A DNA stretch of 62,472 nucleotides, the filler included, from Nemertoderma westbladi (lineage: Eukaryota; Animalia; Xenacoelomorpha), in the NCBI GenBank assembly GCA_032718475.1. It is 3 parts of 3 records of this genome, joined end to end, with 100 filler letters (N's around TTAATTAATTAA, not from the genome) between each part and the next. Parts side by side here need not be neighbours in the genome. Positions count along the whole stretch, not along the records: positions 32,052 to 46,502 come from JAUCBJ010004368.1; positions 46,603 to 62,472 come from JAUCBJ010006183.1; 1 more part is not named here. One strand, written 5' to 3'. A model generated the notes under the pieces. It was not told the origin of the DNA and did not search any database. It worked only from the letters and a program-made list of their open reading frames with translations. The translations under genes were made by a program, and so were the position numbers. Below are positions 35,387 to 46,937 of this stretch, piece by piece (within the stretch, counting starts at the first letter, position 1; each line of letters starts with the position of its first letter).

Positions 35387-36015
35387 GCAAAATACTGCTC
35401 TATATACTAATACCGGTACTGATAGCCTAAGAGGACAGCAGTAGAGAAACCGGTAGCATGGAACCTAACGGTAGATTTCTGGCGGACATAAAAAGTAAAA
35501 AAAAGGACATTATGAGTGATTCAAACGGACAAGAAAATTATTGCGCAAAGTTATTATGACGTACTCTTGTAAAACGTGGATACTAGCGAAATCCGCGGTT
35601 CCTGTTGCGGGTCCCAGATACCTACCATTGACATGACACCATTGTTATTGTTTACCTTTACCACCCAGTTCATAGCAGTATACTGTAGTTGTGTACGATG
35701 GCATTGCGTACTGATGACATGACTTAGTCTCTGCCCGAAGGCCTAATTCTGCCTAGAATGTACTACTGTACATACTGTACATACATACAGGCATACAGCC
35801 AGTAAAAGTGGTATGATATTACAGTATGACCATTGGCCATGAATTGAGGAGGGTCTTTTAGTAAAATATGTAAGGTAATCCGAAGAAACCTTTGGACAGT
35901 TGTTCACCCCCAGTATTCGTACTTCATATTTCGGGCTACGATACCTACAGTGTAGACCTACTCAAAGCGGGGGGGGGGGGGGGGGGTGGGGCACGAAATC
36001 CCGGCCCAGAGAAAT

Positions 36016-36590
36016 GGCAGTGATTTTTTATGTCCTTTTATTTGACTTTTTTGTCCTACTTTTTTTTACGAATTGTGCATAATGACTTTTGTTGTCCCCT
36101 TAATGACTTTTGTTATGACCTTAATGACGTATGACTGGTCTGTCGGACAGTTGGTTTCACTATGCCTGTGCCAAAACATTCAAAATTCCATGATTTATAG
36201 ACTATGAGATAGATTTCCATATGCGCCTGTGGTAAACGACTCTAAAATTTAATAGTTTGTGGTTGTTGTCGATAATCGTTTACCACATGACGTAGCAAAA
36301 CACTCATTTTATAGCCAAAAACAATTACCAATTGAAGGAAAGGAGCAGGTTAAGGCCGGATTTTCTAACCAAAACAATTAACAGCCACTTTACCAAATGA
36401 AGGAAAGGAGCAGGTTACAGAGGCTAGCCTTTCTATCCAAAACAATAAACGGTCACTTTACCAAATCAGGGAAAGGAGCAGGTTACAGAGGCGGGATTTT
36501 CTAACCAAAACAATGAACAAACACTTTACCAAATGAAGGAAAGGAGCAGGTTAAATATATGGTCTTTTCTATCCAAAACAATAAACTTGC
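36016..36590 (+). repeat. Second copy of the 32820-33260 segment plus ~4 satellite units
   Basis: GGCAGTGATTTTTTATGTCCTTTTATTTGAC... and CGTAGCAAAACACTCATTTTATAGCC... are duplicated, then 59-bp units follow. Confidence 0.8.
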
Positions 36591-36594
36591 AAAT

Positions 36595-37424
36595 TGAAAT
36601 TGCTTGAAAATTGCATACACTGTTTTGTACAATGACCTGTCAGTCAACAATCTAGTTAAAAATTGGGTGTCAAATATTCGTGATATTTTATACACCACTG
36701 GTTATAACTATGTGTGGGATCAGCAATCATTTGATGTGCTGGCAAGACATTTTATTTCGAAAATCAAATTGCGGCTGCAGGACCAATACAAGCAATTTTG
36801 GTGGAGTGAAATTGGTAATAGCTCGAAGGGTAACCTTTATTTTGTTTCACATTTTGATGCAATACCGTACCTTGATACATCACGTAATCACATAATACTG
36901 CATATAATACTACTGTAATAGGAAGCCTCTAGTTCTGTCTTCGGATTATCCCCTTTTAGTATTATTTTTTACCTATTATATTTTAAATTATTTTAATTTC
37001 GTATTTTAAAGTACACTGTATAATACTAATAGTTAATTAAATAAAACATAACCTGTTACCCCGCTCGGGGTGTTAATATCAAAAAAAAAAAATAATACTG
37101 CGCAAACGCATCTCACAGATTCAATGTTCATCTCATCAGTTAGAAGTTGAGCGTGGTCGTTGGTACAATGTAGAACGCTCTAACCGATTTTGTCAAATGT
37201 GCAATAACGATAGTATAGAAGATGAGTTTCATTTCCTTTTAGAATGCAGTGCTTACTCAGAGTTGAGAGTAAAATATCTTGGAAATTACTTCTCAAGGTA
37301 CCCCACCAAATTAAAATTATCCGAATTATATGCATGTTTATATAAAGACTCTGCTAAAAAAAATGGTGAATCTAGGCTTATTTATAATTTATGCTTTTTT
37401 GAGAAGAAACACTTTATTAATTAA
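36595..37424 (+). pseudogene. 5'-truncated LINE ORF2 C-terminus (CR1/L2/RTEX-type), interrupted by a short retro-insertion
   Basis: NWVSNIRDIL..GYNYVW..IKLRLQDQYKQFW then CSSHQLEVERGRWY..RFCQMC..IEDEFHFLLECSAYSELR (C-terminal CCHC region). The frame is continuous once 36902-37091 is removed. Confidence 0.8.
36902..37091 (+). mobile_element. 190-bp poly(A)-tailed retro-insertion
   Basis: TSD ATAATACTGC at 36892-36901 and 37092-37101; ends ACCCCGCTCGGGGTGTTAATATC-A11. Confidence 0.75.
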
Positions 37425-38145
37425 TTAAGTGCTCGTTATAAATTTCAATTGCTAAATAATCGATATTATTACTATAATAATGGTTGAACGGTTTATTGTT
37501 TATATTTGCTCTGCTGGGCCATTCTGTTATATTATAATCCGGTAATTGTATTTAATAATATATAAATTCATGTCTAGTCTAATTTAAGTACTGTATACTG
37601 GAGTTGTGCAATTTTAAGTAGACCCTTAATTGGGTACAGTTAATTGATTAAATATACTACTATAACTATTTCCCTAATTCCATAATTTTCTCCATTACTT
37701 TTTAATTTTGTTTCTAGAATTTTTAGTTTCTAGTTTCTATGTTTTATTCATCTTGCTGTAACTATCTACTTATTCTTCTTCGCTACTTATTAAGTAACGC
37801 TTCATCGGCTAATTACATTGTAAGTAATTCTTCACTACTTATTGTATGTTTACAGAAAAGACAAGCTACAATTTTCTTATTGTTGTACTGACTTTCCACC
37901 AGACAGCTTTCTGGGTCTGTAACAATACTCTAAGTCTGCACTCTGGGTTATGGGCTACAGTAGTCTAGTTTATGCGGCCTACACTATCTATCCTACCACG
38001 CCTACATATCATCTTCAACCCCTCACGTGGCGGTGTCAGTGCCCACAATAGTATGTATTATATACTAGTATTGGTCCCATTAACCCGGCATTAGTACGTA
38101 ATTATGTACATTAACACATGTAGTGCTCATTGGATGTACGTAATG

Positions 38146-39022
38146 TGTACCCGTCTAATCCAAAACATGGTACTATGTACCCTTCTAATCCAAAACGTTG
38201 CACTATGTACCCTTCTAATCCAAAACGTGGCACTATGTACCCTTCTAATCCAAAACGTGGCACTATGTATCCTTCTAATCCTAAACGTGGTACTACGTAC
38301 CCTTCTAATCCAAAACGTGGCACTACGTACCCTTCTAATCCAAAACGTGGCACTACGTACCCTTCTAATCCAAAACGTGGTACTACGTGCCCTTCTAATC
38401 CAAAACGTGGCACTATGTACCCTTCTAATCCAAAACGTGGCACTATGTACCCTTCTAATCCAAAACGTGGTACTATGTACCCTTCTAATCCAAAACGTGG
38501 TACTATGTACCCTTCTAATCCAAAACGTGGTACTACGTACCCTTCTAATCCAAAACGTGGTACTATGTACCCTTCTAATCCAAAACGTGGTACTATGTAC
38601 CCTTCTAATCCAAAACGTGGTACTATGTACCCTTCTAATCCAAAACGTGGTACTATGTACCCTTCTAATCCAAAACTTGGTACTATGTACCCTTCTAATC
38701 CTAAACGTGGCACTATGTACCCTTCTAATCCAAAACGTGGTACTACGTACCCTTCTAATCCAAAACATGGTACTATGTACCCTTCTAATCCTAAACGTGG
38801 CACTATGTACCCTTCTAATCCAAAACGTGGTACTACGTACCCTTCTAATCCAAAACGTGGTACTACGTACCCTTCTAATCCAAAACGTTGTACTATGTAC
38901 CCTTCTAATCCAAAACGTGGTACTATGTACCCTTCTAATCCTAAACGTGGCACTATGTACCCTTCTAATCCAAAACAGCACCCTTCTAATCCAAAACGTG
39001 TTACTACGTACCCTTCTAATCC
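38146..39022. repeat. 30-bp minisatellite, about 29 copies
   Basis: Unit CCTTCTAATCCAAAACGTGGYACTAYGTAC, bracketed by a ~50-bp direct repeat (38062-38112 and 39022-39071). Confidence 0.95.
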
Positions 39023-39462
39023 TAGGTACTGGTCCCATTGACCCTGCGTTAGTGCGTAATTATGTACATTAGTATTAGGTGTACTCATCAGACGTACTTT
39101 GCATATACATTAGTACGTATATACTCATCAAGTGTACACAATTATATCCATCTATTCCTAAATATTATGTACGTTAGTATAAGTGTACTCATCAGACGTA
39201 CTTTCTATGTACCTTAGTACATATATACTCATCGAGCGTATATACAGTAGTTGTATTCATATAAACCTAAATATTATGTACATTAGTATACAGTAGGTAT
39301 ACTCATCAGATGTACTTTGTATGTACGTTAGTAAGTTTGTACTCAACGTAATGTTCATCTAAACCAATATTATTTTATTTTTTATTTTATTTATTTTTAT
39401 GGGAAGGGTATATTGCCGTCATTCCCATCCCTCAGTCCAATTTATTGGACGATTCAACAGAT

Positions 39463-42400
39463 TTAGGGCGATTCCTCCAACAGGCAACACATTCCTACGG
39501 CCCTATTGAGAGTCGTCCTGTTCTTTTCCCCAATCTTTCCTTTGATCCTGAACTCCACTGATCTAACTTTCCCATCCTCTCTATTGTAACATTCTACCAC
39601 TCTAGCTTAACCCCCACTCGTTGTCGATGACCGTATCATTCGTCACAATTATTAAATCGCCTTATTTCAACTCTTGCTGGTCATTCCTCCACTTACTCCT
39701 CTTATGCAGTGTTGGTAGGTACTCTTGGAGCCACCTCTCCCAATACTCCGATCAAATCGCATTAGCTACCCTCCAATTCTGTCGCACATATACATCGTCC
39801 TTGTCGATATATCGCATATCTACCTCGGCTGGCCTCTCTTAGTAGGTGCGCCGGTGTCAGAGCTTCCATGGTCTCTGGACCGTCATTCAAGGGACAAAGC
39901 ATACCGCTGTTGATTATCCCCTCGCACTTCGCCAGCACCGTCCTCAGTACATCCTCCGTCACCATATGGTTATTGAGAAGCATCGTCATCAGCCGCTTTG
40001 AGCTCCCGACCAGACATTCTATGCAGCCCAATGTGTGTGGTTCGTATGGCATCCTCCTCTCCCATTTAATTAGGTGCTTCCTCATCGCTCCCTTCATGTC
40101 TCCTCCCTCCAGAATGTCAAAGGCCTCCACCAACTCATTCTCTGCTCCATTGATGTTGGTGCCATTATCGGAGTAAAGCACCTTGACCATTCCTCCTCTC
40201 CTCAAGGGCTACCGCCCTTGAGTTGTTACACACAAAGATTATACTGTAGCATTTTTCGGTATGCCTCATCACCTTGATCTTTATTGGACCAAACATGTCC
40301 ACCTCGCTATATGTGAATGGCGGTATATAATGCGCCACCCTCGTCTCTGGCAACAGTGCCATCTCCTGTATGGCCCTTGTCTTCCTCATCCGCCGACAAG
40401 TTTGGTACTGCGCCACTACTGGTTTCACCATCTTCCTAAGTTGGTTTACCCAATACTTCTTCCTGATCTCATTTAGGGTTGCATTGGTGCCGCCATGTAC
40501 TATGGTCTTGTGGGCATCCCAAATGATCTGGTGTACTATTGATGACTTATGGGGGATTATCACTGGTTTAGATGGAATCAAGGAACTGGTGTTATTGGAT
40601 ACCCTGGAGTTCATCACCAGGATACCGTTCTTGTCCAGTTGTGGTGACAGCGCATGTATCTTGCAGTCCTGTCAGAGTTGTTGTTGGTTATTGATCCGCT
40701 CAATATCGTCTCCGTATGACTTCCCATGCTCGTAATGTATTATGGCTTTGGCTGCTCCCTCCAGATCAATGGTAGGTCTATGTTTCCCGTTCATACCGGC
40801 TCCCCTAAGGAATTTTCCAAAGGCTCTCACATATGCTACTAGCTTCTTCGTCTTATACCAGCTAAAGCTGTAACTGAGCAACCTGTCTGTTGGGTTTTTG
40901 CCTATGTCTGTCTTCGTGACACGTGATGGTGCCACATGGATCTCCCTCATCAACTGGCTAAATATCTCCCCCCCCCCCCCTCCGATTCGTTTCCCTCATC
41001 CTCCATTGATACTTCCTCTCCCTTTGGATCTATCTTCCTCATCGGTGGCCACTTCGACCTGTCATTGAGGAAGTGTGGACCGTGCTGCCACAACTCTTGC
41101 TTTCCCAAGAAAGCGTAGTGTGCTACACCTCTCGATAGCACATCCACTGGGTTGTCATCAGTCGGGCAGTAGTGCCACTTATCCAAATCTTTTGTCGCTC
41201 TTATCTCATCTACTCAGTTCGCCACGAATATGGAGTAGCGCGTCTTCTCATTATGTAGCCATCCTAGTACCACCATGGAGTCTGTCCAACAGTGCGTTTC
41301 AACTATATTTGGCATTGTTTCTACCAAATACGCTGTCACTCTCGCTCCCAATCCCACAGCAGTCTAGTTTTGGTACGGACGCTGAATCCAGTGGCATCAA
41401 CCTCGCCTTACTAAATGCTAGTCTGGGCTTGTGAGTCCCCTTTCGCTGCATCAAATGAAGCACTGCACCACATGGTTCTAGGGATGCATCGGAGAACATG
41501 TGTAGTTCTAACTCGCTCATGTGTCCATCTGGGAAGTATACTCGTGGCATACTACAGGTTCCCATATCTTCCAAGCCTCCCATCCATTTCTCCTACTATT
41601 TACTTATCTACTTTGGGACTTCTGCTTCCCAATCATCTTTGAGTTTGTAAACCTTCTTTAATATCTGCTTCCCCGTAACTAGTAAATGAGATGCTAGCCC
41701 CAGTGGATCGTAGGTCCTGGCTATGTATGACACACAGCCCCCCTTCGTATGAATTCCTGCACCCTCCTGCTTCAGCTGGTACTCCAACTCATCCATCTCC
41801 CGATTCCACACGATCCCTAGGGCCTTCTGTTGTGATTCTACCATTTTGTCTACCATAATTTGCTCTTTCGCAATCATTGGTTTATCCAATTTCACTTCCA
41901 GTTGTTTGACCTCTATGGCCTCCATGAATTCTTCGGAGTTTGACTGGAACTTCATCAGGTTGAATCCTGATTTTTTCAGGATGTCGTGAACTTCGCGACC
42001 CGTCTCGAAGATCTCCTGAATGGAGTTCCCAGAACCCATTCCATCATCCACGTAGAATCCGAATCTAATCATGTCGATTGCCTCCTTACTATACTCTCCC
42101 TCTTTGTATTTTACTGTGTCTCTCACCGCCGTGGTTTTTGTGAATGAAGATTACTTTGCCCCCATGTCCAGGACGACCATCTTGTATATCGGTATAGTCA
42201 ATGGTTCATCGTCACCATCACACCATAGGAAGCGCTGACTGTCGCTATCCTCTTCTGTCACTCAGACCTGATTGAACATCCCTTCGATGTTGCATGTGAA
42301 GGCGCGCTTCCCATTCTGGAATCGCAATAACACCTCATTCCCTAAATTGTATATGTTGGTACCCTCCAACAGATAGTCGTTGAGGCACTTCCCATTCATT

Positions 42401-42552
42401 ATAGCAAAAGAGTTGACCACCATTCGTAATTTCCCCTTCTTGGGATCCAGGGCGACATGAAGCGGTTGGTAGTAAGTTCTATCAGTGTCCAGTTTGTCGA
42501 TTGGTAATTCCACGGCCCACCCCCAATCTACATACTTCTTTATTGTCTTGTG
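39463..42552 (-). pseudogene. Second, heavily decayed BEL/Pao pol (RT-RNase H-IN)
   Basis: Fragments CLNDYLLEG, NIEGMFNQV, FYVDDG, YDPLGL, LHMFSDAS, NPVDVLSRG, HKTIVHGG, VDMFGP, YSDNGTN, EALTPAHLL, LNRAVGMCCLLEE*; many stops and frameshifts. PPT-like GAGGGATGGGAA then TG at 39421 on the minus strand. Confidence 0.9.
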
Positions 42553-42559
42553 TATTTAG

Positions 42560-42893
42560 TGTGTCTTCTGTGTTTATCTTTGAACCCAAAGCCCAGAATG
42601 AGGGGGCATACTTTTCTAGACCAGTTTTACCTGCCCAACATTAATATGAACTCAATTTTTCTGTCCCAGAAGTTAAAACGAAGTTATGAGAGGTTTTAGA
42701 TAAAGGCGACAGTCTGCCGCCCTGGGGGTCAGGATAAACTATATAAAGGCGGCACTCTGCCGCCCTGGGGGTTAAGTTATAATTATCTAAAGGCAAGGCG
42801 GCACACTGCCGCGTTTATAAACATGGTCCTGAATTACTTAGAATGTTTAAGGAGGCAGTGTGCCGCCTTTATTAGGTGTTGGTACGAAAAGGG
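42560..42893. mobile_element. Terminal fragment of a piggyBac-like non-autonomous element
   Basis: Ends GGTACGAAAAGGG + TTAA (42894-42897), related to the TIR at 13719; subterminal AAGGCGGCACWCTGCC repeats. Other end not found. Confidence 0.55.
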
Positions 42894-43831
42894 TTAATAT
42901 GTATATTCCAAAGGAAGTCTCATATATATATTTCAAGATATCGGTAAACTACCACAACAGCACACCAATGACCGAATAAGGAGTGAATATGATTATAGTT
43001 AGTGCACTTACTCTATATATTTATATAATATTTAGTACTGGTATTGAATCTAGAGACCGTTTATGATGTAAGGAAATGAAACGGCGAGCGAAGCGAGTAG
43101 ACATTATTATCACACATTTATATCAGATTGCATGACATTCATTACTGATTTGTTCATTTTTACATGAATTCCCTGGCATTTCAAGAAGTACATAATATGC
43201 GATAAAAATAATATTGCAACGGCAGTTATAACTCTAGAATATGTGGAATGTGATGGTTTTTTGCGATATATTTTTATGGTTATTTGTTTTTGTTATAGAT
43301 AGATAGATATATTATCGAAGCGCATGTTTGTTGCATCATCTCATAATTGTATTTTATTTAATTAATTATGACATGCCAATATTATATAATTTAATTTGCT
43401 GTGTAAATTTATATTTATTGATAATAATATAGGGGATAATAAATGTCATTATATTATAAGTTAAATTATTGTTAATAGTAATAATATGGCATCTATCGGA
43501 TATTAAGTATTTCTTAGTAATTTTTCTTGTCCCGTATCAGGATCTAGTTTAGGGAGGATCTACTAACTGGGGGTGGGTGGAGGAATAGTAAGGTATTATT
43601 TGGATTATATAAATATATTTAGATTACTTAATTTATTGCAGCGATTTTATTTTACTCTTACGTATTAGGATTACCATTTGATTTGAATTAATAATAAATT
43701 TAAATGTAAATAAATGTAAATAACATTTTCACACTTTGTCTCTGTATGAAATAATCAGTTTGATTCCAACAACATAGGTTAACTAATGGCGGGTTATATC
43801 GTATAACAAACTACAATTTGCTGTGGATCAA

Positions 43832-44617
43832 TCACAGATTGGCAGCGTGACGCCCCCCATCGACTGATAAAGTAACTCCAGTTATAAAGGATGCAGCTTC
43901 GCTCGCTAAGAATGCGATACTGGTAGCCACATCTTTCGGCACCCCTATGCGCCCTATAGGATGTCGTGCTACACTGCGCTCCAGATAGGCTACGTAAGAG
44001 TCCTCAGCCATGCCTGCCCTGCGGTGTATTTCGGTTTGTATGACACCAGGGTTGACTGCGTTAACACGTATCCCTCTGGAAGCTAACTCTAAGGCGGCAG
44101 ATCGAGTCATGTGATCCAATGCGGCTTTACTCATGTTGTAAGCTATCATTCCAGAGTAAGCTCGAGGACCACAAATACTGGACACGTTTACAATGTTACC
44201 TTTACAACGCTCCATATGAGGAACTGCTAACTGACTCATTCGGAAAACTGCTTTCAAATTAACATCAAAGATTTCATCAAAATTCTCAGTGGTTGATGAT
44301 TCTAGAGTCTCGAAATGAGTAACACCGGCGTTGTTAACTAATATGTCGATTCTTCCCAATCGTTCAACAACAGCGGTAACGAGATCGCGACAGTCAGACT
44401 CAATTCTTAGATCGCAGGTTTTACGGAACACCGCGGCACCGTCGCTAGGTTGTATACACAGCTTGGCGGTTTCATCCAGAGCCTCGGAGTTGCGTCCCGA
44501 TAGAGCTACAGTCGCACCGAGTTGGCTGAAGAGAATCGCAGTTCCCTTACCGATACCGGAACTGGCGCCGGTTATTAGGGCAACTTTATCTGTCAGATCA
44601 ACTAATGGTTGATTCAT
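43832..44617 (-). CDS. Classical short-chain dehydrogenase/reductase (FabG/3-oxoacyl-reductase-like), single exon, 261 aa
   Basis: TGASSGIG nucleotide-binding motif, DILVNNAG, catalytic S..YNMSK, IRVNAVNPG, FITG..LSVDGG. Confidence 0.92.
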   Translation of the reverse strand: MNQPLVDLTDKVALITGASSGIGKGTAILFSQLGATVALSGRNSEALDETAKLCIQPSDGAAVFRKTCDLRIESDCRDLVTAVVERLGRIDILVNNAGVTHFETLESSTTENFDEIFDVNLKAVFRMSQLAVPHMERCKGNIVNVSSICGPRAYSGMIAYNMSKAALDHMTRSAALELASRGIRVNAVNPGVIQTEIHRRAGMAEDSYVAYLERSVARHPIGRIGVPKDVATSIAFLASEAASFITGVTLSVDGGRHAANL

Positions 44618-45172
44618 TGCAGATGTATGCGTTGAAATTCAACCGAAAATACGCCTGGTTAAACTTTAAAAGAGTAAGTAAAGCAAGCTATTGTGTAGAA
44701 AAAAACAGATTGCGAAAAATCGAAAAATGTAACCCTAACGGCAGACCGGTAGCTAATAAAACGCCTACGCCAACCGGCCTAGTAAAAATCGGTGCCGTAG
44801 CCTCAAGTGCTACTGAGAGACGGATAGCCCACTACTGCACTAATCACATTGACTGATTGACATTTTCAACTGTCAGACTCGGATGCAATTTTGTGACATA
44901 TAGAATATACAGATATACAATACTGCACAACCGGTACACAGACAGATATACAGCCAGATTGTAGTAGCCACAATTATTTTTGAATTTCCCTCATCTTTCT
45001 ATGATTCTATGTTCATGTTGCAAAGTTAATAATGTACTCTTGTAAAACGAGGATTCTAGCAAAATCCGCGAATCCTGTTGCGGGTCCCATAGAAGCAATG
45101 ACGGCTCTCAGTGGGATCCGCGGATCCTAGAAACAGGGGATCCGCAGATCCTACAATACAGTTACTGATAGT

Positions 45173-46502
45173 ATGATTAATGGTACTTATCACAATTACC
45201 AAGTGTTTAGGAAGGATAGATCTATCACTGGCAATGGCGGCGGTGTAGTTATTTTGGTGAAAAATTCAATAAAGTGTGTACGAGTGTGCATTCCCGAAAT
45301 GTTTTCTGACTGTGAAATTATAGTAGTCGATTTAATTGGTAAGAGTCCCTCTCGTTTAATATGTGCTTATCGTACTACAGATGATATCTTGACTTGGTCA
45401 AGTAGTAGTTATCTGGAATATAATAATTTGTTTTGCTCTTGTTTGTCTGAATTGTGCGATGTTAGCTACCCTGCAATTGTTTTTGGAGATTTTAATTTAC
45501 CGGATTTTAACTGGTGCAATTTTACTTTTCCAGATACTGGTATTTATGAGTCTTTTTCCAAATGTGTTTTTAGAAGCTGGTTTGACCCAATATGTTGATA
45601 AACCTACACGCCAGGACCCTGACAATATTCTAGATTAAATTTTTTCCACTGATGACCTCTACATCAGTAATGTTAATGTAATTGAACCTTTCTCTAGTAG
45701 TGACCATAATAGTCTTACTTTCAATTTACGCGGCAATGATGAAACCGATAGCACCAAATATTTTGGTTACTATGATTTTGAAGATGCCGATTATGTAAGT
45801 TTTTCATCGTATCTGAATTCATATGTTTGGCAGGATCAATTTAGTTCTTGTAGTACAGTGGATGATTATTGGGAAACCTTTGCATCTGTTTTAAAAAATG
45901 GGATAGAGCAGTTTGTGCCATTCAAACAGTTTAAGGATCGTAAAACTCCTCACCCCGATCATATTCTTAAACTGCAGCGTAAAAATAAATTATTGTGGCG
46001 CCGCCTGCATACTGCCTCTGGCCGCCTTGAGTATAACAGATGTGTAAAGGAAATTTCCCGTGCTATTTACCGGTCTACCTGTGTACGTGAAAATCGCCTT
46101 CTTACATCCGGTTGCCCAGACGCTGTTTTTCGTTTTGTAAACACTAAACGTAAAATCAGTTCTGGTATTCCTCCTCTTAAGTATAATGGTGCTACTGTTA
46201 TAGACGATGCTGCCAAGGCTCATATATTTTCAAACGTGCTGTCAGAGAATTATATACAGGATAATGGCAAAGTGCCCTCTTTCAATAGTAAAGTAAATGC
46301 TGGTGTTTCCAAGTCTGAGATAAATTTTAACGTTGAGAAAGTTTTCTCTGTTCTTAACAATTTAAAGCCAAAGAGTAGCAAATCATTTATTACTCATGCC
46401 TTACCATCGATTTGGTTGACCGCTAATATTGTTCCTATTTTTAAAAAGGGTAACGCTTCAGATCCTTACAATTATCGGCCAGTTTCACTAACCTGTGAGT
46501 AG
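45173..46502 (+). pseudogene. Decayed CR1-group LINE ORF2 (endonuclease to start of RT), cut by the gap
   Basis: VFRKDR..GGGVVILVK, GDFNLPD, SDH, W..ANIVPIFKKG..DPYNYRPVSLT; frameshift and stop between 45598 and 45858. Confidence 0.85.
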
Positions 46503-46602
46503 NNNNNNNNNNNNNNNNNNNNNNNNNNNNNNNNNNNNNNNNNNNNTTAATTAATTAANNNNNNNNNNNNNNNNNNNNNNNNNNNNNNNNNNNNNNNNNN
46601 NN
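46503..46602. other. Assembly spacer (44 N + TTAATTAATTAA + 44 N)
   Basis: Same construct as 31952-32051. Confidence 0.97.
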
Positions 46603-46937
46603 TTTTTTTAATTATAATATACACCCCCACTCGGGGTAAATTAAACATAAGAAACAGTAAGAGTTAAACAGTAAGTAACAGTAACCGGGAGTATACACTA
46701 TGCAGAAATAATACACGTACGTAACGGGGACACAGTAATTGAAACAGTAAGTACAGTATACATACCGGGAATATATAACAATATAATTAATAAACCTACT
46801 GTAGTAAGTTGATGTAGGTTGTAGCTGTGAGTGTGAGTGTAGCAGTTAATTTTGGTGTGTGTCAGTGTTTGGTTGTGTACCGTTTTTGATGGGTGACAGT
46901 AATTTGGATTATGTATGTAGTGTGTGAGTGGGGCGGT

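Noticed and set aside
38104-39088. Four overlapping 300-aa repetitive ORFs
   Set aside because: Products of a stop-free 30-bp minisatellite; open on both strands with no unique domain.
43832-44617. Bacterial horizontal transfer of the SDR
   Set aside because: FabG-like SDRs of this type are common in animals and other genes here are also intronless; a phylogeny would be needed.
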